From the NCBI GenBank assembly GCA_003171255.1, contig PMYK01000054.1, forward strand, positions 53,910 through 117,909: a DNA stretch of 64,000 nucleotides. The letters are read 5' to 3'. Below are positions 8,941 to 17,782 of this stretch, one piece after another. Source of the DNA: Chloroflexota bacterium (GTDB taxonomy: Bacteria; Chloroflexota; Limnocylindria; Limnocylindrales; CSP1-4). The first letter of the stretch is position 1. Every line of letters begins with the position of its first letter. A program made the translations under genes and the position numbers. The notes under the pieces were generated by a model. The model was given only the letters and a program-made list of their open reading frames with translations. It had not been told where the DNA came from and did not search any database.

Positions 8941-10506
8941 ATGATTCGCGAACACACCCAAACGCCGGCTGACGCCCCGACGGATCTCGTCGACCTCGAC
9001 ATGCTCGACGCCCAGCAACGCTCCGGCCTCAACGACATGGATCCGGAGAGTTTTCGGGCGGCGGCTCACGCGGCGGTCGACATCATGGCCGATTATCTCA
9101 AGGGCGTTCGCGATCGACCGGTGATGCCCGACGTGGAGCCGGGCACGCTTCGGCCCCTGTTTGCGCAGTCGGCTCCCGAGAAACCGGAACCGATCGGCGA
9201 CATCCTGGCCGACTATCAGCGCCTGATCGAGCCGAACGTCACTCACTGGCAGCACCCCCGCTTCCTGGCGTACTTCGGCAGCTCTGCGTCCGGTCCCGGG
9301 ATCATCGGCGAGATGTTCACGGCCGTCCTCAACGCCAACGTCATGCTGTGGCGGACCAGCCCGGTTGGGACGGAACTCGAGGGTGTCGTCGTCGACTGGC
9401 TGCGCCAGGCCCTGGGCCTGCCCCCCGAGTTCGACGGCCTGATCACCGACACCGCCTCGACGTCCTCGCTGCTGGCTCTTGCGGCCGCCCGCCAGGCCGC
9501 CGGGATCGACGCCGCGGCAAAGGGCCTGACCGGGCGCGACGATGTGCCACAGATGCGGGTCTATGCCTCGGCCGAGGCTCACTCGTCGATCGAGAAGGCG
9601 TGCATGACCCTGGGCTTGGGTCGGGCCGGGCTGACGAGGATCCCCACGAATGACCGCTTCGAGCTGCGCATCGATGCCCTCGAAGAAGCCATCGCCGCCG
9701 ACCGCGCGGCCGGCGTCCGACCGATCGCGATCGTCGGCACGGTCGGCACCACCTCCACCACGTCTCGCGATCCCATCGCGGCGATGGCCGCGATCGCTCG
9801 CCGCGAGCGGATGTGGCTCCACGTCGATGCGGCCTACGCCGGGGCCGTGGCCCTCATACCGGAGCTGCGCGGCTCGTTCGAGGGCTGGGAGCTGGCCGAC
9901 TCAATCGTCACGAACCCGCACAAGTGGTTCTACGTCCCGGTCGACGCCTCGCTGCTGTTGACCCGCAACATGCCCGTCCTGCGCGACGCCTTCAGCCTGG
10001 TGCCCGAGTACCTGCGGACCCTCGATCGAGAGGGTCCAATTCGCGACTACAACGAGTACACGCCGACGCTGGGTCGACGCCTGCGTGCCCTCAAGCTGTG
10101 GATGCACCTGCGCTACTTCGGCCTCGAAGGCCTGCGCCGGCGCGTTTCGCATAACTTGGAGATGGCCGCCCGGCTGGCCCGTTGGGTCGACGCCGACCAC
10201 GACTTCGAGCGGCTGGCGCCGGTGCCCTTCTCGACAGTCTGCTTCCGCTACAGGCCGGCCGCCCTGGTCGGGCGCGAAGAAGAGCCGGCCGTGGCGGAGC
10301 AACTCGACAGCTTGAACCTGCGGCTCATGGACGCGATCAACCGGACGGGACAGGCATTCCTGTCCCACACGAGGCTCAACGGTCGTTTCACGATCCGCGT
10401 TGCGATCTCCAATCTGCGGACCGAGGACTCCGATCTGGACCTGGTCTGGAGCATCGTCAGGCGTGAGGCGCTGGTGCTCGGGGCGGCGCCGGGCCCTCAG
10501 GCCTGA
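8941..10506 (+). CDS. PLP-dependent group II (aromatic-L-amino-acid / tyrosine type) decarboxylase
   Basis: PLP-lysine motif NPHKWFYVPVD and HWQHPRFLAYF. Overall Pyridoxal_deC-like organisation. Confidence 0.85.
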   Translation: MIREHTQTPADAPTDLVDLDMLDAQQRSGLNDMDPESFRAAAHAAVDIMADYLKGVRDRPVMPDVEPGTLRPLFAQSAPEKPEPIGDILADYQRLIEPNVTHWQHPRFLAYFGSSASGPGIIGEMFTAVLNANVMLWRTSPVGTELEGVVVDWLRQALGLPPEFDGLITDTASTSSLLALAAARQAAGIDAAAKGLTGRDDVPQMRVYASAEAHSSIEKACMTLGLGRAGLTRIPTNDRFELRIDALEEAIAADRAAGVRPIAIVGTVGTTSTTSRDPIAAMAAIARRERMWLHVDAAYAGAVALIPELRGSFEGWELADSIVTNPHKWFYVPVDASLLLTRNMPVLRDAFSLVPEYLRTLDREGPIRDYNEYTPTLGRRLRALKLWMHLRYFGLEGLRRRVSHNLEMAARLARWVDADHDFERLAPVPFSTVCFRYRPAALVGREEEPAVAEQLDSLNLRLMDAINRTGQAFLSHTRLNGRFTIRVAISNLRTEDSDLDLVWSIVRREALVLGAAPGPQA

Positions 10507-10523
10507 GGGGGTACGATGGCGGA

Positions 10524-11225
10524 GTGAAGATTTCGCCATCAGAACGAGCGGCGGCGGTCGTCGCCGCGGTTGCAACTCCCTTCGTCATCGTCGCGATTGC
10601 GGTGCTGCTATTCCTCAACCCGATCTGGGTTAGCTTCGATCAGGACCGCAGCGACGTCACGGGACTGACCGGCTACACACCGACACAGGTCCACCAGATC
10701 ACGGGCAGCATCCTGTCCGACCTGGTGTTCGGGCCGCCCAACTTCGAGGCGACCGTGGACGGCACACCGAACGGCGCCCGGGTGCTGGATCAGGGCGAAC
10801 GGACCCACATGGCTGATGTCCGGAAGGTGCTTCTGGGCCTCGGCCTCGTGGCGCTCGTCGCTGCGGTCCTGCTGGCGGTCGTCGCCGTTCTGGGCCGCGG
10901 GCGGCGCTGGTTCTGGCGGGCCACGGCAACGGGCGCGCGGGTGCTCGTTGTCGGAGTGGTCGTCGTCGGGCTGGCCTTCGCCGTCTTCTTCGAGCAGGCA
11001 TTTGAGCTCTTCCACGAGATCTTCTTCGCGCCCGGCACCTACATGTTCGACGTTCGCACCGAGAAGCTCGTGCAACTCTTCCCGGACCAGTTCTGGTCTG
11101 AGACGAGCGTGGCCCTCGCGGGCGCCGTGCTCGTTCTTGCCGTGCTGGTAGCGGTATTCGGGGCGCGACTCGGCCGCGAGCCCGCCCAGGTAACGGTGGC
11201 CGCGGCGACGGTGTGGGCGCCGTGA
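10524..11225 (+). CDS. Integral membrane protein, TIGR01906/DUF1461 (Lit-like) family
   Basis: N-terminal TM, three C-terminal TMs, and the family motif FELFHEIFFAPGTYMFDVRTEKLVQLFPDQFW. Family recalled from memory. Confidence 0.6.
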   Translation: MKISPSERAAAVVAAVATPFVIVAIAVLLFLNPIWVSFDQDRSDVTGLTGYTPTQVHQITGSILSDLVFGPPNFEATVDGTPNGARVLDQGERTHMADVRKVLLGLGLVALVAAVLLAVVAVLGRGRRWFWRATATGARVLVVGVVVVGLAFAVFFEQAFELFHEIFFAPGTYMFDVRTEKLVQLFPDQFWSETSVALAGAVLVLAVLVAVFGARLGREPAQVTVAAATVWAP

Positions 11226-12418
11226 CCGGCCTTACTCTCGGCCGTGTCTTCGGCACGGAGGTGCGAGCTCACTGGACCTGGGTCGTCATCCTTGCCTTCA
11301 TCGCCGTCGTCTTCGGCATGGATCTGAGCGACGGGACTGCCGCTGCGTGGCCACCGGTCGTGGCCTGGGGCGCCGCCATCGCCACCGCTGCGGTGGTATT
11401 CGCCTCGGTAACCGTTCACGAGCTGGCCCACGTGAAGGTGGCCGGCCGAAGCGGCATACAGCTGCCTGTGGTGGTGGTGCAGCTGCTCGGCGGCCCGTAC
11501 GTCATGGAAGTCAAGCCAGAGACCGCCGGCGACGAGCTTCGGATCGCGATCGCCGGCTCGGCCATGAGCCTGCTGATTGCGTGCGCCCTCGGTGCCGTCG
11601 CGGCAGTGCTGATCCTCGGTCCCTTCGATGCCGATCACGCCCCCGACTGGATCCAGGCTGTTGGGTTCGTGACGTTCACGGCCGCGGCCTTCAACCTGCT
11701 GCTGTGCGTGATCAATCTCTTGCCGGGCTATCCGCTGGACGGAGCCCGAGTTCTGCACGCGCTGGTGTGGCAACGGACGGGGCGTGAACAGGTGGCTACG
11801 GCCGCGGCGATTCGAGTCGGCCGCTACCTGGGCATCTCACTGATCACGATCGGGGCGCTGATGCTGGTCTTCTTCGACGGACTGGCCGGTTTCAGCCTCG
11901 TAATCGCCGGCTGGCTGGTGATGGGCTCGAGCCGCATTCTCGACAGGCGCAATGTGCTTCAGGGTCTGGTCTCGGGGCTTCGCGTCAGCGACGCCGAGGA
12001 TGCCGATGCCGCCCACGTCCCGCCCCAGCTGACACTGGATGTGTTCGCCGGCGAGTACCTGACCGAACGCCTCGGAGCCGCTGCCCTCGTCCAGCGGGGC
12101 ACGGAGTTGCTCGGGCTGATCGGGACGGCGCAGATACGCAAGATCCCGCGCAAGATCTGGACGCGGACCCGGACCGAAGATGCGATGGTCTCCATCGCGA
12201 ACGTGCCCACGCTCGATGGCGAGTCGGACCTTTGGTCGGCCCTCGAGTTGCTGGAGCGATCGGGTCTGGATGCATTGCTCGTCTCGCCCGGCGGAGCCGG
12301 CAGTGCCCTGATGTCCCGCCGCTCCGCCGCCAAGCTCGTTCACCAGAAGGCGGAAGAGCGGCAGCGCGAGCTGATCGCCCTGGGACAAATGAAGAAGGGT
12401 CGAGGCCATGGGCGCTGA
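11222..12418 (+). CDS. M50 site-2 protease family metalloprotease with C-terminal CBS pair
   Basis: HELAHV zinc motif and NLLPGYPLDGARVLH motif. GTG 11222 overlaps the upstream TGA; GTG 11213 is an alternative start. Confidence 0.8.
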   Translation: MTGLTLGRVFGTEVRAHWTWVVILAFIAVVFGMDLSDGTAAAWPPVVAWGAAIATAAVVFASVTVHELAHVKVAGRSGIQLPVVVVQLLGGPYVMEVKPETAGDELRIAIAGSAMSLLIACALGAVAAVLILGPFDADHAPDWIQAVGFVTFTAAAFNLLLCVINLLPGYPLDGARVLHALVWQRTGREQVATAAAIRVGRYLGISLITIGALMLVFFDGLAGFSLVIAGWLVMGSSRILDRRNVLQGLVSGLRVSDAEDADAAHVPPQLTLDVFAGEYLTERLGAAALVQRGTELLGLIGTAQIRKIPRKIWTRTRTEDAMVSIANVPTLDGESDLWSALELLERSGLDALLVSPGGAGSALMSRRSAAKLVHQKAEERQRELIALGQMKKGRGHGR

Positions 12419-12515
12419 GGCCGACGGCAAGCCGGGAGATGGCGGGGTCTTCGATGAAGGCACCCGCGCGGAGCGTCGCCGAGCCAGCCATTTCGATCGA
12501 ACGAGGAGACCGCGC

Positions 12516-13067
12516 ATGGCCGATTCGACTGACAGGCCAATGACCGTCCACCGCGCCGCCGCCGAGGCGGAGGTCGAGATGGCGCAGGAAACGCTGAGCG
12601 CCATCGTCGACGGCGCGATCGCCAAGGGCGACGTCCTGAGCGTGGCCGAGCTGGCCGGCGTCATGGCGGGCAAGCGCGCATTCGACTTGATCCCGCTCGT
12701 CCATCCCGCCGGATTGACGCAACTCGTGGTCAACGCATCGCCCGACCGCGCCGCCAGCGCCGTCAGGATCCACACCGAGACTGCAGCCATGGGCACCACG
12801 GGCGTCGAGATGGAAGCCCTCACCGCCGCCGCCGTGGCGGCTCTCACGATCTACGACATGATCCGAGAGGTGGAGCCGGGTGCCGTGGTTCGATCTGTCA
12901 GGCTCATCTCGAGTTCGGACGGCGAGGCCGACGAGTGGCGTCGGCAGGGCGGCCAGGCCGAATCGATGCGACCGCCGAAGGGCGTACGGGTGGCCGGCAG
13001 GATCACGCCGTCGGGCCTCAGGGGCGGGCCGTCATACAAGCCCGGCTCGAAGAAGCGGATTCCGTAA
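12516..13067 (+). CDS. moaC: Cyclic pyranopterin monophosphate synthase accessory protein MoaC, with ~50-aa C-terminal extension
   Basis: Track ORF 12408..13067 trimmed to ATG 12516 behind RBS GGAGAC. KGDVLSVAELAGVMAGKRAFDLIPLVHP and TGVEMEALTAAAVAALTIYDM motifs. Confidence 0.85.
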   Translation: MADSTDRPMTVHRAAAEAEVEMAQETLSAIVDGAIAKGDVLSVAELAGVMAGKRAFDLIPLVHPAGLTQLVVNASPDRAASAVRIHTETAAMGTTGVEMEALTAAAVAALTIYDMIREVEPGAVVRSVRLISSSDGEADEWRRQGGQAESMRPPKGVRVAGRITPSGLRGGPSYKPGSKKRIP

Positions 13068-13125
13068 CCCGGACCATCGCTGGTCGTCGCCGACTCGCCG
13101 GCCGGGTTCCCAGCCGCTAGAGTGA

Positions 13126-13728
13126 ATGCGCCGCCGCGCGGGTGCGGCGGTAATCGCAGGTCCGAGGTTGTTCGTGGTGTCGTCCGAAGTGGTCCTGCCC
13201 CTCGTCATATTCTTCGCCCTCGGCGTGCCGATCTTCCTGCTGCTGTGGCGCGTCTTCGTCGTTGGCGGCGAGTTTCGGCGCGACGCTCAGCACGGGCGGG
13301 CTGCGGTCGATATCGCCAGGCGGGCCGACGTCTCGCTGAGTGAGCTGGCCGCGGTCGTCGACGATTTGCGACGTCGCAAGGCCGGGCCCGAAATGAGCGG
13401 TCCGAGCCTGCGCGCATCCGCTGAGGCGCTGCGCCGGTACGGCCAGGAGGCCGCATCAGTGGACAAGCAGACGCACCACTCCGGCAATGCCGGCCTGGAG
13501 GCCGAGGTCGAGCGCGCGCTGCGCGCCGTGGAGCTGATCGAGCACGGCCGCCAGCTGATTCTGGACCCCAGCGGGGAGCGAGTATCGGAGGGCGAGACCT
13601 CTGTGAAGCGCGGTTACCTGAACCTGCTCCATGCCCGCGAGGCAATCAAGTCGCGAGGCGAAGAGATCGCCGCGGCGGCCAAGGCCCCTGCCCCCGCGGA
13701 TCCGCGCTTGCGCGGCAAGAGCCGCTGA
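13126..13728 (+). CDS. Hypothetical membrane-anchored protein
   Basis: N-terminal TM (VVLPLVIFFALGVPIFLLLW) followed by a helical charged region. No recognised motif. Confidence 0.45.
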   Translation: MRRRAGAAVIAGPRLFVVSSEVVLPLVIFFALGVPIFLLLWRVFVVGGEFRRDAQHGRAAVDIARRADVSLSELAAVVDDLRRRKAGPEMSGPSLRASAEALRRYGQEAASVDKQTHHSGNAGLEAEVERALRAVELIEHGRQLILDPSGERVSEGETSVKRGYLNLLHAREAIKSRGEEIAAAAKAPAPADPRLRGKSR

Positions 13729-13801
13729 GGGCGAGCCGCCGGGCGGTGTGACGGCCGGTGCTATCCTCGCCGGGGCGACTGGTGCGCGTGGAGGTCAGGC
13801 G

Positions 13802-14275
13802 ATGCGTTGTCCGCGGTGCGGCGAACGGGAGACGCGAGTTGTTGATTCGCGCGACCTCGACGAGGCCAGCATCCGCCGACGCCGCGAATGTGAGACGTGC
13901 GGGGCGCGCTTCACCACGTACGAGCGGATCGAGGCCCCGCGACTGGTCGTGGTCAAGCGCGACGGCTCCCGGCAGGAGTTCGACCGCGAGAAGCTGGTGT
14001 CGGGCTTTCGGAAGGCCCTGACCCGGCGGCCGCTGCCCGACGATGCGGCCGAACAGGCAGCGGACCAGATCGAGGCGCAGCTTCGCTCCGGCGGCGCCAC
14101 CGAGGTCGACTCCTCGGAGGTCGGCAAGATGGCCATGGACAGGCTCCGCGCCCTCGACCAGATCGCGTACATACGCTTCGCCAGCGTCTACCAGAGCTTC
14201 GAGGACATCGAGACACTAAAGCGCGAAGTCGACAACCTGTACGCCCAGCGCGAGAGCGGAGCCACGGTCAAATGA
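13802..14275 (+). CDS. nrdR: Transcriptional repressor NrdR
   Basis: Trimmed to ATG 13802 behind RBS GGAGG. MRCPRCG...[15 protein letters not shown] zinc ribbon plus an ATP-cone. Confidence 0.9.
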   Translation: MRCPRCGERETRVVDSRDLDEASIRRRRECETCGARFTTYERIEAPRLVVVKRDGSRQEFDREKLVSGFRKALTRRPLPDDAAEQAADQIEAQLRSGGATEVDSSEVGKMAMDRLRALDQIAYIRFASVYQSFEDIETLKREVDNLYAQRESGATVK

Positions 14276-14886
14276 GCGTCCTGTCCGACCGCGACATCGC
14301 GGCCGCGCTCGTGGCCGGGCGTGTCCGGGTCGATCCGTATGACGCCGCCGACCTCCAGCCATCCTCGATCGATCTCCATCTGGACCGCGCCTTCCGTGTC
14401 TTCCGCAACAACCGCTACCCCTACATCGACGTTCGCAAATCTCAGCCCGACCTGACCGATCTGCTGAACGTCGCCGACGACGAGCCGTTCGTGCTCCACC
14501 CGGGCGAGTTCGTCCTCGGCCAGACGCTCGAATGGGTGGAGCTGCCGGACGATCTTGTCGCCAGACTGGAGGGCAAGTCGTCGCTCGGACGCCTCGGCCT
14601 GCTCATCCACTCGACCGCCGGCTACGTCGACCCGGGCTGGAAGGGCAATCTCACGCTCGAGCTGTCGAACGTGGCCAAGCTGCCGATCGCGCTGTACTTC
14701 GGCATGAAGATCGGCCAGATCAGCTTCTTCGAGATGTCGAGCCCGGTCGATCGACCGTACGGCTCGGCGGGGCTCGGCTCGAAATACCAGGGCCAGTCGG
14801 AGCCGACGGCGTCGGCGTATTTCGAGGACTTCGAGCGCGGGCGACGCGGGCCGGTCAAGCCGGGGCGGGAGACGCCAGACCGATGA
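14272..14886 (+). CDS. dcd: dCTP deaminase
   Basis: ATG 14272 overlaps the nrdR TGA (ATGA). MSVLSDRDI..., PSSIDLHLD and [21 protein letters not shown] motifs. Confidence 0.9.
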   Translation: MSVLSDRDIAAALVAGRVRVDPYDAADLQPSSIDLHLDRAFRVFRNNRYPYIDVRKSQPDLTDLLNVADDEPFVLHPGEFVLGQTLEWVELPDDLVARLEGKSSLGRLGLLIHSTAGYVDPGWKGNLTLELSNVAKLPIALYFGMKIGQISFFEMSSPVDRPYGSAGLGSKYQGQSEPTASAYFEDFERGRRGPVKPGRETPDR

Positions 14887-15746
14887 CCACCCTCAACGAT
14901 GCGGTCCACTGGTCGAGCGAGCTGGGTGGCGGAACTCGCATCGCCCTGATCCAGGCCGGCAAGTTCCGCTCCGATGCCGGGGCCTTGCTCGGCGTCGTGC
15001 CGCGCATGATGTGGAACGGCCTTGTCGCGGGCGAGATCGACGCCGATCACCGCCTGCTGCAGGCCCTCAACTGCCTGCTGATCGAGACGCCCGCCGGGCG
15101 CGTGCTCGTGGAGACAGGCATAGGGGACCGCATCAGCGACAAGGGCCGCGAGATGCGCCGCTACGAAGGGCCGTGGATCCTGCCCGCGCTGGAAACCGCC
15201 GGCTTCGAGCCGGCCTCGGTTGACGTGATCGTCCTCAGCCACCTCCACTACGACCATGCCGGCGGCGTCCTCAAGGCTGATGGCTCCCTGGCCTTCCCGC
15301 GGGCCACGCTCGTTGCCCAACGCGCGGAGTGGGACATGGCTCTCGGCCACAACCCACGCCTCGTGGCCAGCTACGATCAGCCCGAGCTTTCCCTGATCCG
15401 CGACCTGGGCCTCGAGTCGGCCGCGGACGGTGAGGTCGAGATCCTCCCCGGCGTGTTCATCATTCCGACCGGAGGCCACTCGGCCGGGCATCAGGGCGTC
15501 ATCGTTCGCGGGCAGGACCGGACGATCGCCTTCTTCGGCGACCTGTGCATGCGGCCCTGGAGCGCCAACCCGAAGTGGGTCACTGCGTTCGACGACTTCC
15601 CACTCGACTCTGTCGCGGCCAAGGCCGATCTCTTCGCGCGGGCAGCCGGCGACGGCTGGACGATCGTGCTCTCACACGAGCCGGTCCACCCGGTCGGCCG
15701 CCTCGTGCGCGACCGGGACCGATACACCTTCGCGCCGCTGGTCTAG
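14883..15746 (+). CDS. MBL-fold metallo-hydrolase (lactonase-like)
   Basis: ATG 14883 overlaps the dcd TGA. HxHxDH motif [10 protein letters not shown] and a downstream GGHSAGH. Confidence 0.8.
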   Translation: MTTLNDAVHWSSELGGGTRIALIQAGKFRSDAGALLGVVPRMMWNGLVAGEIDADHRLLQALNCLLIETPAGRVLVETGIGDRISDKGREMRRYEGPWILPALETAGFEPASVDVIVLSHLHYDHAGGVLKADGSLAFPRATLVAQRAEWDMALGHNPRLVASYDQPELSLIRDLGLESAADGEVEILPGVFIIPTGGHSAGHQGVIVRGQDRTIAFFGDLCMRPWSANPKWVTAFDDFPLDSVAAKADLFARAAGDGWTIVLSHEPVHPVGRLVRDRDRYTFAPLV

Positions 15747-15849
15747 GCCTTCTCGTGCCGCCAACGCCACGTGGCGGCCAGCAGCGGTCGCCAGCCAGAC
15801 CACTCGGCGTGCCCGCGACAGGCGCCGGACGCGGTAACATCCGTGGCGA

Positions 15850-15926
15850 GCCCCCGTAGCTCAGTGGAACAGAGCGCCGCCGTCCTAAGGCGGGCGTCGT
15901 CGGTTCGAGTCCGGCCGGGGGCGCCA
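15850..15926 (+). tRNA. tRNA-Arg (anticodon CCU), CCA encoded
   Basis: Acceptor GCCCCCG/CGGGGGC, anticodon arm CCGCC-GTCCTAA-GGCGG, T-arm GTCGG-TTCGAGT-CCGGC, then GCCA. Confidence 0.9.
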
Positions 15927-15954
15927 CGCATTTCGTCGCGCCAGGAGGACGAAC

Positions 15955-16329
15955 GTGCCGCAGTTCTACTACCAGGATACGGTCATGGTTCCTGTCGAGG
16001 TGGGTGGCTGCGTTGAGGCGGTTCGCCGAACGCTTGCCGAGATGGGCGCGAAGCCGGTTGTGACCGGCACCCGGGTCTCCGGCAAGCTCGGCTCCCAGTT
16101 GAAGATGCGGTTGGCGGGGGGAGCGTTCTGCCCCGCCAGGTGGTTTCCGATCGAGGTCATCGTGGACGTAGCCGAGGCCGGCGGGCAGCGCCAGGTCGTT
16201 GTAAACGTGGCCGACAGGCTGAAGGTCGGGATCATGCTGGGCATGGAGACCAAGTATCGGAAGCATTGTCAGCAGACGGCGGCGTACATCCGGACAACGA
16301 TCGCCCAGCGACTGGCCGCTGGGGGCTGA
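15955..16329 (+). CDS. Hypothetical protein (124 aa)
   Basis: GTG start 6 nt after a strong RBS AGGAGG. No recognised motif. Confidence 0.5.
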   Translation: MPQFYYQDTVMVPVEVGGCVEAVRRTLAEMGAKPVVTGTRVSGKLGSQLKMRLAGGAFCPARWFPIEVIVDVAEAGGQRQVVVNVADRLKVGIMLGMETKYRKHCQQTAAYIRTTIAQRLAAGG

Positions 16330-16449
16330 GCTCTGGCCGGCAGGCCGAGAGCAGATTGCGAGCCGCGGGTGAACCGATCGGCGTGGGGGCATTCGTCCCG
16401 AAACGGACGTAGGCTCGACCTCAACGTTGAGTTCTACCGAGGCTGAACG

Positions 16450-17130
16450 ATGCGCTTTCGACGCGCCGCATTGACCGTCGTCGTATTCGCTGGCGCCATG
16501 GCTTACCTCGAGTCGGCGGTCGTGGTGTATCTGCAGCGCGCGCTCGACATCAGCCCGGATCATCTGTTCCCGCTGAGCCGGCCGGACATGGTGGGCGACC
16601 TTGCCGCCATCGAGGTGGGTCGCGAGCTGGCCACGATCGTGATGCTGGTCGGCGTGGGCTGTCTGGCGGGGCGGCGCTGGGTGGATCGGCTGGCCTGGAC
16701 CGCCGTGGCTTTCGGCGTCTGGGACATCGGTTACTACTTCTGGCTGTGGGTCCTCATCGGCTGGCCCCATTCGCCGGTCACGTGGGACGTCCTCTTCCTG
16801 ATCCCGGTGCCATGGGCGGGCCCGGTCTGGGCGCCGATCGCGGTCAGCGGATGCCTCATCGGTTTCGGATTGGAGGCGGCTCGACAGGTCGGCGCCGGAG
16901 GGATGCCGCGCGTGAGCTTGGTTCGCGTGTCTGCCGCCGTCGCCGGTGGGTTGCTCGTCGTCGGAAGTTTCGTCGCCAACGCGCCGGCCCTGGTCTCGGG
17001 CGATCTGCCGGGCGCATTCCCATGGCCCGTCTTCGTGGCGGGCCTGGCAGTGGCCGGCTGGGCCGCGATCGCATCGCTGCGGACCGTACCTGTGGCCGCA
17101 ACGCACCGGCCTCTCGACGGGGCCGCCTGA
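16450..17130 (+). CDS. Hypothetical polytopic membrane protein (226 aa)
   Basis: About 6 hydrophobic segments, Trp-rich (FGVWDIGYYFWLWVLIGWPHSPVTWDVLFLIPVPWAGPVW). A 12-bp palindrome lies just upstream. Confidence 0.55.
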   Translation: MRFRRAALTVVVFAGAMAYLESAVVVYLQRALDISPDHLFPLSRPDMVGDLAAIEVGRELATIVMLVGVGCLAGRRWVDRLAWTAVAFGVWDIGYYFWLWVLIGWPHSPVTWDVLFLIPVPWAGPVWAPIAVSGCLIGFGLEAARQVGAGGMPRVSLVRVSAAVAGGLLVVGSFVANAPALVSGDLPGAFPWPVFVAGLAVAGWAAIASLRTVPVAATHRPLDGAA

Positions 17131-17195
17131 CAGCCACTACCCCGATCGCGACGGGAAGTGGTTGCTCGTCATCCCGATCGACGGCTGGAGTCCGG

Positions 17196-17678
17196 CTACT
17201 CGCGGCAGCAGGTCTGGCACCGCCCCGAGATCGTGACATGCGACAGGTCCACGTCGAAACCGAGGTCGGCGGCGAGGGCATCGACGATCGCCGCGCCGGT
17301 TTCCGGCCGAATCTCCCAGGTCGCGCCGCAGGCCACGCAATATAGATGGCCGTGGACCTGGTCGGGCAGGACGTGGTACTCCTCGCGGCCGTCCGGTCCG
17401 TGACCGTGCCTTACCAGACCGAAGTCCTCGAGCACGTCGAGCGTTCTGTAGACGGTCGAGGGAGTGGTGGTCTGGTCACGTTCACGGCAGCGGGCGATCA
17501 GCTCGGTTGCGGTGACGTGGCCCTCGTGCTCACGCAGCACATCGACCAGCGTGCGGCGTTGAGGGGTCCAGCGGAGCCCGTTGGACCGCAGCCGCTCGGC
17601 CACGCCGTCCCACGGACTTGCGGCGGGCACCATCGCGGCGTGGCTGGAGGCGGCTCGTGGCACCTGACGGTCCTTCAT
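17196..17678 (-). CDS. Fur-family metalloregulator (possibly Ni/Co-responsive)
   Basis: LRWTPQRRTLVDVL, TPSTVYRTLDVLEDFGLV, HGH...CVACG...GRCQTCC. The start may instead be the internal ATG at 17633. Confidence 0.85.
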   Translation of the reverse strand: MKDRQVPRAASSHAAMVPAASPWDGVAERLRSNGLRWTPQRRTLVDVLREHEGHVTATELIARCRERDQTTTPSTVYRTLDVLEDFGLVRHGHGPDGREEYHVLPDQVHGHLYCVACGATWEIRPETGAAIVDALAADLGFDVDLSHVTISGRCQTCCRE

Positions 17679-17782
17679 CGCGGTTCGGTTGTAGCTCGCG
17701 CAATCGTCCGCGTAGACTCTACACTAGCGCAACGACTTGCAATAGCGCTTTGTATCGTCTGGCGGTACGCAGGAGGACCTTG

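Noticed and set aside
15580-17106. 508-aa minus-strand ORF
   Set aside because: It runs antisense through the MBL gene end, tRNA-Arg and two plus-strand genes. It has low-complexity Arg/Pro composition and is an artefact.
17679-17782. Cobalamin riboswitch upstream of the cbiM-like gene
   Set aside because: The spacer is only ~100 nt, with no B12-box (GCCACTG-like) or conserved core. Regulation is more likely by the divergent Fur-family protein.
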